Below, one piece after another: positions 29,511 through 38,733 of a stretch of 64,000 nt of DNA. The translations under genes and the position numbers were made by a program. Each line of letters starts with the position of its first letter. The first letter of the stretch is position 1. Origin of the DNA: Candidatus Bathyarchaeia archaeon (GTDB lineage: Archaea > Thermoproteota > CALKCG01 > B24); NCBI GenBank assembly GCA_038870975.1, contig JAVZJD010000001.1, forward strand, positions 736,001-800,000. The letters run 5' to 3'. Under the pieces are notes generated by a model. That model was not told where the DNA came from. It did not search any database and worked only from the letters and a program-made list of their open reading frames with translations.

Positions 29511-29539
29511 ATTTAAACTTTTTTGTATAAAAATGTACA
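29511..29539 (-). promoter_or_regulatory. TRP-box pair plus TATA box of trpDCAB2
   Basis: Minus strand TGTACA-TTTT-TATACA-AAAAAG-TTTAAAT. Confidence 0.72.
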
Positions 29540-29801
29540 TAAAAAATAAAAAAATTAATACTGATTTTATTAAATGGCTTGAAAGCGTGCATATTTGGCC
29601 AAGGATGCCTTGGAGGGGCTGAAAGACACTATATGGTCGAGGAAGGACAACGCCAATGCGCCATGTTTCAGCCCCGCAATTACCCTTCTATAACGTCCTA
29701 TCGCAACGTCAAAGTTGTATATTTCATCCATTTCTCCATCGGAAATGGATTGTCGCGTAGGCTTAAAAGTGGAGGGAAGAGAATTGAACCCGAGTTGTAG
29801 G

Positions 29802-29876
29802 TGCTCCGGGCGGGATTTGAACCCGCGTCGGGAGGGTGAGAGCCTCCTATGCTTGACCTGGCTACACCACCGGAGC
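29802..29876 (-). tRNA. tRNA-Glu(CTC), no intron
   Basis: Acceptor GCTCCGG/CCGGAGC; anticodon arm GGAGG-CTCTCAC-CCTCC; T arm GCGGG-TTCAAAT-CCCGC. Confidence 0.95.
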
Positions 29877-30057
29877 GTTAAAGAAGGGAAATCTACAATT
29901 CAAAGCATAAGCTAATAGATAAATAAATTTTACCCCTATTTCTATTAATAAACACCCGAATTAAATCGTATGGCAAAAGGCATACATCAATAACTCATAA
30001 AAATATAGAAGGGTGGAGATTAAAATGGTCAAAAATAAAAATTTCGGATTAAAGGCA

Positions 30058-31686
30058 CTAGTACTCTTCGCCGTAGCCTTTTTCTTCCTTCTTAGAGGGC
30101 GGAGGTTTAGCTGCAACTACAACGTCATCTATTCTGAGTATTGTGATAGCTGCTTCAACAGCCGATGCTATGCAGTGCCTCTTAACTAGAATTGGCTCAA
30201 AAACCCTGTGGATCTTCATGTCATCTATCTTACCTGTGAAAACGTTAACACCATATGATAGACCATCAGGCTTATCGTGGGCAGCTCTCAAAGAGACGAG
30301 TAGATCCACTGGGTCATGCCCTCCATTTTCCGCTAGCGTTTGTGGAATCACTTCCAGCGCCTCAGCGAAAGCTTCTATAGCCAGTTGCTCTCTACCACCA
30401 ATTTGAGCAGCATACCTACGTACTTCTTTAGCTACTTCCGCCTCAATAGCACCGCCACCGTAGACTATCTTCGGCTCTCTAATGACATCTGCTACAACGC
30501 ATAGTGCATCATGAAGACCTCTCTCAACTTCATCGACGACTCTCTCCAGTCCACCTCTGATCAGGATAGCTACGCTTCTTGGATTCTTGCAGCCTTCGAC
30601 GAAAACCATTCTATCTTCACCTATCTTCCTCTCTTCAACAAGCTCCGCATATCCAATATCCTCAGGTCTTATATCTTCAAGATTTGTAACTATTCTAGCA
30701 CCAGTGGCCCTTTCAAGCTTCTCCATATCTGACTTCTTAACTCTTCTTACAGCAAGCATACCTTCTTTCGCTAAGAAGAACTGAGCAGTGTCATCTATGC
30801 CCTTTTGGCAGAATACAACATTGGCTCCAGCGTCTTTGACCTTCTTAACCATGTCTCTAAGCATGTTTGTCTCTTCTTCCATAAACGCCTTCATCTGCTC
30901 AGGGTCTCTTATCCTAATTTCGGCGCTTATCTCAGTCTTCTCTATTTCAAGTGGGCATGCAAGTAGAGCTATTCTAGCGTCTTTCACTCTCTTAGGCATG
31001 CCTGGATGTACGACTTCCTTGTCTATTATGAGTCCTTTTATGAGTTGAGTTTCACCTATGCTTTTTCCAGGCTTCTTTATAACTTGGATATTGTCAACGT
31101 CTGCTATAAGTTTTCCATCCCTTTCTTCGACTATGCTTTTTACGGCCTTAACTGCTAAATCTGACAGGTAATCTCTGAAGAATTTAATGGTTTTGCTCCG
31201 CATAGATGTTGAAGCTACATCTCTTAGAAACGCCTCATCCTCTATATCTACTGGAACAGCCACTTTATCTAACACTTCTATAGCCTTTTCCAAAGCCTTC
31301 TTATAACCTGATGTTATGGTGGCTGGGTGAATGTTTTTAGCCATAAGTTCTTCAGCCTTTTTAAGCAATGTACCTGCTAAGACAACTACAGATGTTGTGC
31401 CATCGCCAACCTCTTTATCCTGAGTTTTAGCTACGTTTACTAGAACCTTCCCAGCAGGATGTTGAATATCTATTTCATCTAGTATCTTAGCACCGTCATT
31501 AGTTATCGTTATATCTCCTATGGTGTCCACAAGCATCTTATCCATACCCCTAGGCCCTAGCGTTGCTTTAACTACCTCTGCTATTATCTTAGCTGCGGCT
31601 ATATTTTGTCTCTGTGCTTCTCTACCCCTCTGTCTAGTCGTTCCTTCTTTGAGAATTAAAACTGGCATAGTTGTTACCTTACTCAT
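30058..31686 (-). CDS. ths: Thermosome (group II chaperonin) subunit
   Basis: LGPRGMDKML, TNDGA, GDGTTS, GGGA. Confidence 0.97.
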   Translation of the reverse strand: MSKVTTMPVLILKEGTTRQRGREAQRQNIAAAKIIAEVVKATLGPRGMDKMLVDTIGDITITNDGAKILDEIDIQHPAGKVLVNVAKTQDKEVGDGTTSVVVLAGTLLKKAEELMAKNIHPATITSGYKKALEKAIEVLDKVAVPVDIEDEAFLRDVASTSMRSKTIKFFRDYLSDLAVKAVKSIVEERDGKLIADVDNIQVIKKPGKSIGETQLIKGLIIDKEVVHPGMPKRVKDARIALLACPLEIEKTEISAEIRIRDPEQMKAFMEEETNMLRDMVKKVKDAGANVVFCQKGIDDTAQFFLAKEGMLAVRRVKKSDMEKLERATGARIVTNLEDIRPEDIGYAELVEERKIGEDRMVFVEGCKNPRSVAILIRGGLERVVDEVERGLHDALCVVADVIREPKIVYGGGAIEAEVAKEVRRYAAQIGGREQLAIEAFAEALEVIPQTLAENGGHDPVDLLVSLRAAHDKPDGLSYGVNVFTGKIDDMKIHRVFEPILVKRHCIASAVEAAITILRIDDVVVAAKPPPSKKEEKGYGEEY

Positions 31687-31815
31687 AATGTCTTCACCTC
31701 TCGATAGACGAATTTTCTAAGCGTTTTTTCAAATAGAAAAAGTGTCTCAAAAACTTTTCTCTCATAGAGAAGCGTTTAAGCCTTCTTTAACTAAAATCTT
31801 CAAGATAATCTCTCT

Positions 31816-32037
31816 CTAACTTGTCACCACTCTCTTCGTAGCCAATCTGATATCTTCAGCTCTTACAGTCTTACGGCCAGCATGTCCGGCTAAAATACAA
31901 GCCTCTCTACCGATCCTCAATGCAACTTCTTCTAGTGTTCTTCTAAGCTCTTCAGCTGCTGTTTCGCTAACTCTTTCTGCACCCGCCTTCTTAAGTAAAC
32001 GATGCATAGGAGCGAGTTGTAAATCGGAATCAGTCGT
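31816..32037 (-). CDS. Archaeal histone, probable ACG start
   Basis: DLQLAPMHRLLKKAGAERVS...HAGRKTVRAEDI histone fold; helix 1 extends upstream of ATG 32007 to ACG 32037 behind GGTGA. Confidence 0.9.
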   Translation of the reverse strand, partial: TTDSDLQLAPMHRLLKKAGAERVSETAAEELRRTLEEVALRIGREACILAGHAGRKTVRAEDIRLATKRVVTS

Positions 32038-32180
32038 CTAGATCACCCAGATTTTAAAATAAATCGTTGCTATTTAACTTTTTTGGCTTTTAAACTCTAA
32101 AAACGTCGAAATTAATACACTTGACTTTCTTGGGAAAGTAAAATATTTTAAGAGGCTTTAACTTATATTCTGCCCATTGC

Positions 32181-32396
32181 ATGGGCAAAATTAGACACGC
32201 CAGTATAAAGAGAACTGCGAAAATTCTATTGGAAAAGTACGGTGGAAAATTTACCTCCGACTACGAGACAAATAAGAAGCTAGTGGAGGAACTTGTAAAC
32301 GTCTCTTCGAAAAAACTTAGAAATCTATTGGCAGGATACATTACAAGCCTTATTAAAATGAAGTCTGAAGTCTCTAGTGTTGAGAGTAGTCAGTAA
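32181..32396 (+). CDS. rps17e: 30S ribosomal protein S17e
   Basis: MGKIR...IKRTA...FTSDYETNK...SKKLRNLLAGYIT. Confidence 0.95.
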   Translation: MGKIRHASIKRTAKILLEKYGGKFTSDYETNKKLVEELVNVSSKKLRNLLAGYITSLIKMKSEVSSVESSQ

Positions 32397-34617
32397 GCAT
32401 CTTCTGAGAGCCTGCTTCTTCGGTAGCTCTCAAAGACTTTTCCGATATTAAACCTCCAACCTGTTCTTTAATCTTCTTAGAGATTTTCCCACCTATGGTT
32501 GGAATGTGTTTAAGCTCCTCTATTGAAGCCCTCTTAAGGTCTTCAATTGTTTTATAGCCTGCGTTATAGAGGGCTCTAGCTCTAACTCTACCAATGCCCT
32601 CAAGAGATATCAATGGTAGTAGCTCCTCTTTAACACCGAATTTAACTCTCTCCCTCAAGACACGTATTCTTGAAGATAATTTTTCAAGCTTCATGAGTTT
32701 TGAAAGCTCTTGCGCCGCGTAGAGAAGCCATTCTGCACTTGAAACAATCCTGTAAAGATCACCCGGCTCGACATCATACTTTTCAAGTATAGTATTTTCA
32801 GGTTGTTCATTTATCCAGTCGTATAAAACAATAGCCATTTTGACTTCCCCTAGCAATGCTTCAAATTCAATAGCATCTGAATACATATCTGCTACATCTA
32901 TCAGAAGCTCATCCCTATGGAGTTCTAATGCCGCTGTAAGTCTCTCCATCTCTCCCCGTCTCGGGTAAAGTCTCGGCGTAGCGTCGGGGGTATGAACCAC
33001 GAGCTGTAAAAGGGCGAAATCCGTTATTTCATCTGACTTTCTGCTTTCAAAGCCGTCTACCATTATCGCAGCCGAAATAGGGTCTATGTAGAGTTCTGAC
33101 ACTCTCTTACCCAAAGAAGTGGCTTCGATTCTATCCCTTATAGTTCTTATAAATCCGTTCTCTTCGAGGATATTTAACACTTCGCTTATAGGCTTCACCA
33201 TCGGCTCTATACCCATTTGATGTGCATACAGGGTCTTGGAGAAAAATTCCAAGATCCTTCTCTTGTTGCATGCTGCATCAGTAGCAATAACGGATAAAAC
33301 ATGAGACCTAAGATATGGCTCGGCTCCTAAATTTGACCATATGCGTTCTGGTCTAGCATATATGTAGTGTTCCATTATGAAATCTGCCTCATCCCTATTT
33401 CTAGCTATCAGTATCGACTCTCCTATTGGGTCATAGTTGGGTCTACCAGCTCTTCCAACCATTTGCTTATACTCCATAACGCTTATTGGACTTCTCCCGT
33501 ATCCAGGTTCATATCTTTCATAGCTAGTTAAAGTAACCCGTCTAGCTGGTAAGTTGACGCCAGCTGCGAGTGTAGGTGTAGCTGTTAGAGCTTTAATGTA
33601 TCCTTTTCTAAAGGCGTCTTCAATTACCGTTCTTCGGTCGTGTTTTAAACCAGCATGATGAAATGCAACACCGTTTTCGATAGATAAAGCTAAAGACTCA
33701 TCAAGATTTGTCACAGCCTCACTACTCAGTATACTATTTGCTATCCTTTTCAGACTTCTCTCGGTTTGTTTGTTTAAAAACAGTTTAACGGTTTTAGTAA
33801 GTCTCTTAGCGAGTGTCACCGCATTTCTTCTAGTATCTGTGAATATCAAAATTTGTCCGCCATTTTTAATAGTATCGTAGGTTATACTTTCAATCGGACT
33901 GCCATGCTCCTCTATCTCTAGAACCGTTCCGTCATTAAATTCAACTCTACCATCAACGTACACCCCCTCCCTCAGCTTTACTGGCCTCCAATCTGTAGTA
34001 ATGTACTCCGCATTAAGCCATTCAGCGATCTCTTCAACGTTTCTAACCGTTGCACTTAAAGCCAATATTTGACCCTTATGGTTAAGCTTTCTAAACCTTG
34101 TTAAAACCACCTCCAACGTTGGCCCCCTATCACCCTGCCCAATGTAATGGATTTCGTCGACGATAAGGAGACTTAGTTCTTTAACCCACTGTGCTCCATG
34201 CCGTAGAAGGCTGTCAAATTTTTCATATGTTGTAACTATGAAGTCGTATTTGCCGAGCCAAGGGTCACTACTGTCATAGTCTCCCGTAGAAACGGCGACT
34301 CGAACATGTTCTCCATTAAATTTCGATAGTTTCTCATATTGTTTGAATCTTTCATACTTCTCTGACGCTAAAGCCTTTAAAGGTGTTGTATACAGAACCT
34401 TTCCATTTAGTTCGAGAATATGTTTAAGAGCACATAATTCTGCTACGAGGGTTTTACCGCTAGCCGTAGGGCTAGCTAATAAAAGATTTCCACCGTTTAA
34501 AACCTTGGTTTTCCTAAAAGCCTCCTCCTGCGGAGGATATAGTTCACAGATACCGTCCTCGAGAAGAATCTTCTTAACAGATTCATGTATTGGTAGTTCG
34601 TCTATCCTCATGGGCAT
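32374..34617 (-). CDS. hel308: Ski2-like DNA helicase Hel308/Hjm
   Basis: PTASGKT, DEIH, LSAT, TPTLAAGVNLPA, QMVGRAGRP, C-terminal HhH. Confidence 0.95.
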   Translation of the reverse strand: MPMRIDELPIHESVKKILLEDGICELYPPQEEAFRKTKVLNGGNLLLASPTASGKTLVAELCALKHILELNGKVLYTTPLKALASEKYERFKQYEKLSKFNGEHVRVAVSTGDYDSSDPWLGKYDFIVTTYEKFDSLLRHGAQWVKELSLLIVDEIHYIGQGDRGPTLEVVLTRFRKLNHKGQILALSATVRNVEEIAEWLNAEYITTDWRPVKLREGVYVDGRVEFNDGTVLEIEEHGSPIESITYDTIKNGGQILIFTDTRRNAVTLAKRLTKTVKLFLNKQTERSLKRIANSILSSEAVTNLDESLALSIENGVAFHHAGLKHDRRTVIEDAFRKGYIKALTATPTLAAGVNLPARRVTLTSYERYEPGYGRSPISVMEYKQMVGRAGRPNYDPIGESILIARNRDEADFIMEHYIYARPERIWSNLGAEPYLRSHVLSVIATDAACNKRRILEFFSKTLYAHQMGIEPMVKPISEVLNILEENGFIRTIRDRIEATSLGKRVSELYIDPISAAIMVDGFESRKSDEITDFALLQLVVHTPDATPRLYPRRGEMERLTAALELHRDELLIDVADMYSDAIEFEALLGEVKMAIVLYDWINEQPENTILEKYDVEPGDLYRIVSSAEWLLYAAQELSKLMKLEKLSSRIRVLRERVKFGVKEELLPLISLEGIGRVRARALYNAGYKTIEDLKRASIEELKHIPTIGGKISKKIKEQVGGLISEKSLRATEEAGSQKMLTDYSQH

Positions 34618-34630
34618 CCCTAGATTAGAA

Positions 34631-36658
34631 TTATGTCTTCTTTAGAAAACCATCCTTAGGTGCATATATGGTTCCGTCTTTTCTGAGTTGCTGTATGAGG
34701 TTCGCCGTCTCGCTTCGACTTATACCGTATTCTTCCTCTAAAATCTTATACACAGCCTCCTCTTCAGCCATGCCTGTCTGCTTAGATAGGTTTGTGACGA
34801 CACTTATAACTGCTTGAAGTTTGTCTCGAAGGCTCTTGGGCTTACCCGTCATAATTATATCTATGTCTATTTTACCAGTCGATATATCCATGCCTACCTG
34901 CTCGAGACTCTTACTCATAAGAGCTATAGCTCTCTTAGCATCATCTACCGTAACATCTTCTCTTAGAGCTACTCTAGCTCTAGCCTCAGCAAGTCTAACT
35001 ATCGATTCAAGTTGTCTAGCTGTTATAGCTATTGGAGATTCAGTGAGTTCACTAGCACTACGCATCTTAAGGTAGAAGTCCTTTATGGCCTCCATAGCTT
35101 CTTGAGTAATCCTAGGTTTAATACGCTTACTATAGCTTATGTACTTCCTTAGAAAGTTTGGATCTATCAATGCTCTATCGACATCTCTCAACCCACTATG
35201 AAGTTTAAGTATATGCTCTGTCAGTTTACTATCGTGCTCTCTACTGGGTTGATCCTTCAAAATGAATATAAGGTCGAATCTTGAGAGAAGGGTAATCGGC
35301 AGGTTTATGTTTTCAGCTACAGTTCTATTCGGATCGTAGCGTCCAAGTGCTGGGTTTGCGGCGGCCAGTATTGAGGTTCTAGCGTTTAAAGTGGCCACTA
35401 TACCCCCCTTTGCTACAGATATCGACTGTTGCTCCATAGCTTCATGCATAGCCACGCGATCTTCGTTCCTCATCTTATCTATTTCATCAATAGCGCAGAC
35501 TCCTCTGTCTGCTAAAACGAGTGCGCCCGCCTCTAAAACCATGCCTCCACTCCTCTCTCTAACAACGGCAGCCGTTAAACCCGCTGCTGTTGTTCCCCTA
35601 CCGTGTGTATAAAGCCCTCTAGGAGCTATTCTTTGCACATAACGTAGAAGCTGACTTTTACCAGTACCTGGGTCTCCTACTAACAGGAGGTTTATATCGC
35701 CTCTAATTCTAGTCCCATCCTGTAAAACCTTAGTAACACCTCCGAATAGAAGATACATTATAGCTTCTTTAATTTCATCATATCCGTAGATAGATGGAGC
35801 TATAGACTGTTTGATCTTCTCATGTACATCCTTCTGTTTAGCAAGCTCGAGAATAAGCTTCTCCTCTTCAGGAGAGATCTCAACAGTTTCAGGGTCTTTA
35901 CCGTAAATTTCAAGGTTATTAACTTCGAGCGTTATATTGAAAACTCTCATCCTTCCAGATGTTGGAAGAACTTCTTGAATCGCTCTAACAACTCCCGTTA
36001 TAATGACGGCATCGCCGGGTCTAGCTGTATCTACAAGCTCTTCGTACACCCGTATATCTATCCATCTCGGCAATTGACCGGGTGGTAAATCTTCAGGTTT
36101 TTCTTGAACTCTAAGCTCCTGATAGTCTATGAATGAAGACTCTGATTGTAGAAATTCAAACGGTCCTTTTCTCTTACATGCTTCACAAATGGTGGGTGTT
36201 TTCATGGTCATGCCCGTTTGAAGAATGTATTGAACATGTTCGCAGCTTTTACATTTAAAGGCGGCCTTTACAACCAACGGTTTTACAGGGCTAGCCCTGA
36301 CAATTATGCCTTCAACTCTGACGAGCTTGTTGATATGTTTAGCTCCAAGCTTTCTAAGTGAAACTGTAAGGTCTTCAGGTAGCTTTTGAAGTCTAACCCT
36401 AACCCCCTCTCCTTCTAATTCTTCCGCGTAATGAGGGTCTTCTATTTTCAGTTGTGCTAAAGCCGCCCTTTCTAAAGCTGGTAGATAATCATCAGGGTTT
36501 GTAACAAGCTTTTTCGCAAGTTCAGAATCATACGTTATGACATCCGTAAAATCTACAGTCAAAGACTTACCGCCAGATATAGACATTTGGTTGAGTCTAG
36601 CCCTATATTTTTCACTTGAAAGTACTTCTTGAAACCTCTCTTCAACGCTAACTTCCAG
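34631..36658 (-). CDS. mcm: Replicative helicase MCM, probable CTG/ATA start
   Basis: Zn finger, GDPGTGKSQ, IDEIDKM, LLSRFD, TARQLE; frame open upstream of ATG 36586 to CTG 36658 behind GGAGG. Confidence 0.96.
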   Translation of the reverse strand: MEVSVEERFQEVLSSEKYRARLNQMSISGGKSLTVDFTDVITYDSELAKKLVTNPDDYLPALERAALAQLKIEDPHYAEELEGEGVRVRLQKLPEDLTVSLRKLGAKHINKLVRVEGIIVRASPVKPLVVKAAFKCKSCEHVQYILQTGMTMKTPTICEACKRKGPFEFLQSESSFIDYQELRVQEKPEDLPPGQLPRWIDIRVYEELVDTARPGDAVIITGVVRAIQEVLPTSGRMRVFNITLEVNNLEIYGKDPETVEISPEEEKLILELAKQKDVHEKIKQSIAPSIYGYDEIKEAIMYLLFGGVTKVLQDGTRIRGDINLLLVGDPGTGKSQLLRYVQRIAPRGLYTHGRGTTAAGLTAAVVRERSGGMVLEAGALVLADRGVCAIDEIDKMRNEDRVAMHEAMEQQSISVAKGGIVATLNARTSILAAANPALGRYDPNRTVAENINLPITLLSRFDLIFILKDQPSREHDSKLTEHILKLHSGLRDVDRALIDPNFLRKYISYSKRIKPRITQEAMEAIKDFYLKMRSASELTESPIAITARQLESIVRLAEARARVALREDVTVDDAKRAIALMSKSLEQVGMDISTGKIDIDIIMTGKPKSLRDKLQAVISVVTNLSKQTGMAEEEAVYKILEEEYGISRSETANLIQQLRKDGTIYAPKDGFLKKT

Positions 36659-36670
36659 TATTATCCCTCC

Positions 36671-37216
36671 TCAAGAGTCTAAAATGTAGCTACGCCAAAA
36701 TTCTATGATCTGCTTAATCTCCTCATACAGTGCTTTTTCCTCGACTGTTAGAAGTTGAAGAAGCTCTTGTGGGACATTTAAACTAGCCGCCATGTTAACT
36801 ATTTTCCTAGTTCGGCTATCTACAATATCTCTTGCTAGTCTTTTATACTTCTCTAAGAGTTGACTGTTACCGCGGAATTCAGCTTCATGTTTAACTTTTC
36901 TAAGGTATAATCTAAGCTTCTGGTAGAAATCCCCTGGGATTTCGCTTAGACGCGTGCTCGGCTGAAGCCCCTCCCTCCAATGGATATTTGTGAGCTCTTC
37001 GCTCGTTAATTCTTCACCCTGTTTAAACGTAGCAACCCCCTTTTCAACAAGTTTAAGAGCTATCCAACGTTTCAGTTTAACTTCAGAGTCTGGCTCATAT
37101 GGCTTTATGCCTCCTCCTAAAACCGTAGCACCCTCTAGGCTTTTTAAAATCTTAATTTTTACATCTCTATTAAGAAATTCAACTTCTAGCTCTTCTAAAG
37201 TGTTCTTTAGACTCAT
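36671..37216 (-). CDS. GINS complex subunit (Gins23-like)
   Basis: Directly upstream of mcm; B-domain with KRWIALKLVEKG, then DFYQK...RTRKI...LTVEEKALY. Confidence 0.85.
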   Translation of the reverse strand: MSLKNTLEELEVEFLNRDVKIKILKSLEGATVLGGGIKPYEPDSEVKLKRWIALKLVEKGVATFKQGEELTSEELTNIHWREGLQPSTRLSEIPGDFYQKLRLYLRKVKHEAEFRGNSQLLEKYKRLARDIVDSRTRKIVNMAASLNVPQELLQLLTVEEKALYEEIKQIIEFWRSYILDS

Positions 37217-37401
37217 TCTTTCCTCCACTATGTTAAGTAGATTCAATAGAGAAATAAAGATGTCTATCTTAAAGCTGAAAAACCAGCCCCCCTCTACTCC
37301 TTCTATGCAAACGCAATGTTAAAAATATCTTCAAGGTTCTACCGATTTTAAGGTTAAAACTTAAAGTTCACCGTTTACCTTCATTTCCTGAGGGAAATCT
37401 A

Positions 37402-38733
37402 TTGCCTCATGGTTTAGAGGGATATAAAGGTTTAGCATTAAAGGCTTTAATGGAGGTAGGTGCTGAAATCGGAGACATTATAAGGATTAAGAAGAGTAAT
37501 GGTGTAGTTTACGATGGAATATTGGTTCCAAGATTTGAATATGGAGACCCAGAATGCATAGTTCTAAAACTTAAAAACGGATACAACATCGGGTTGAAGA
37601 TAAGCAATACCGATGTCGTGGAGAAATTAGGAGAGGGAAGCAAACCTACATATAAGGCTCAGCCTATACCTAGGACCATTTCAAGTCTTCCAAGAGTATC
37701 AATAATAGGGACAGGTGGAACAATAGCTAGTAGGGTTGACTATCGTACTGGAGCTGTTACGCCAGTATTCACTGTCAGTGATCTTTACAGTATGGTTCCA
37801 GAGCTCGGGGAAATCGCCAACATAGAGACTAAAGTCCTATTCAACGTATTCAGCGAGGATATGACTCCAAAACATTGGACTAGAATAGCTGAGGAAATAG
37901 CCTTTCAGTTCGACAATGGTATTCAGGGGATTGTAGTAGCCCACGGTACAGATACAATGGGTTATACGGCTGCGGCTTTGAGTTTTGCATTACAAGATCT
38001 TCCAGCTCCCATAATATTGGTGGGAGCTCAAAGGTCTTCAGATAGACCGAGTAGCGACGCGGCTTTAAACTTGATTAGTGCTGTGATCGCAACGCTACAT
38101 GCGCCATTTGGAGAAGTCGCCGTGGCTATGCATAAAGACCTCTCAGACGATGAAGTTTTAATCCATAGAGGTACACGCGTTAGAAAGTGTCACACAAGCC
38201 GTAGAGACGCGTTTAAATCGGTTAATACAAATCCATTAGGCGTAGTTAAAGATAGAACCTACTACCAAATTTCAAGCCACTTTAAACCTAAAAGTCCATC
38301 TAAAAGTCTTAAGGTTAAACCAGTATTTGAAGAGAAAGTCGTGCTCTTAAAATACCATCCTGGTTTCAACCCAGAGATCATAGAAAAGCTTCTAGACATG
38401 GGCTATCGCGGGATCATATTAGAAGGTACTGGTTTAGGCCATGTGGGCTCTATGTGTATTAAGGCGATTGAGCGTGCACGGGATATGGGCGTTTTCGTAG
38501 GGATGACTTCGCAGTGCATATGGGGACGTGTAAATATGAACGTCTATTATACCGGTAGAGACCTGCAGAGGGCTGGCGTTACACCGCTTGAAGATATGTT
38601 GGCTGAAACAGCTGTAGTAAAATTGATGTGGGTTTTAGCTCAAACGGATAACCTTGAAGAGGTTAAAAGACTTATGCTTACAAACATAGCAGGTGAATTT
38701 TCCTACAGGACATCCTACAGGTGGTCGGCTTGA
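37402..38733 (+). CDS. gatD: Glu-tRNA(Gln) amidotransferase subunit D
   Basis: KLKNGYNIG, TGGTIASRVDY, HGTDT, GAQRSSDRPSSD. Confidence 0.97.
   Translation: MPHGLEGYKGLALKALMEVGAEIGDIIRIKKSNGVVYDGILVPRFEYGDPECIVLKLKNGYNIGLKISNTDVVEKLGEGSKPTYKAQPIPRTISSLPRVSIIGTGGTIASRVDYRTGAVTPVFTVSDLYSMVPELGEIANIETKVLFNVFSEDMTPKHWTRIAEEIAFQFDNGIQGIVVAHGTDTMGYTAAALSFALQDLPAPIILVGAQRSSDRPSSDAALNLISAVIATLHAPFGEVAVAMHKDLSDDEVLIHRGTRVRKCHTSRRDAFKSVNTNPLGVVKDRTYYQISSHFKPKSPSKSLKVKPVFEEKVVLLKYHPGFNPEIIEKLLDMGYRGIILEGTGLGHVGSMCIKAIERARDMGVFVGMTSQCIWGRVNMNVYYTGRDLQRAGVTPLEDMLAETAVVKLMWVLAQTDNLEEVKRLMLTNIAGEFSYRTSYRWSA

Noticed and set aside
29770-29800. tRNA-like GGGTTCAATT stretch next to tRNA-Glu as an att duplication
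   Set aside because: It does not match the 3' end of tRNA-Glu and forms no cloverleaf
34631-36658. Intein or intron in MCM and other core genes
   Set aside because: Lengths and motifs are continuous; no insertion seen in mcm, hel308, gatDE, lysS or ths
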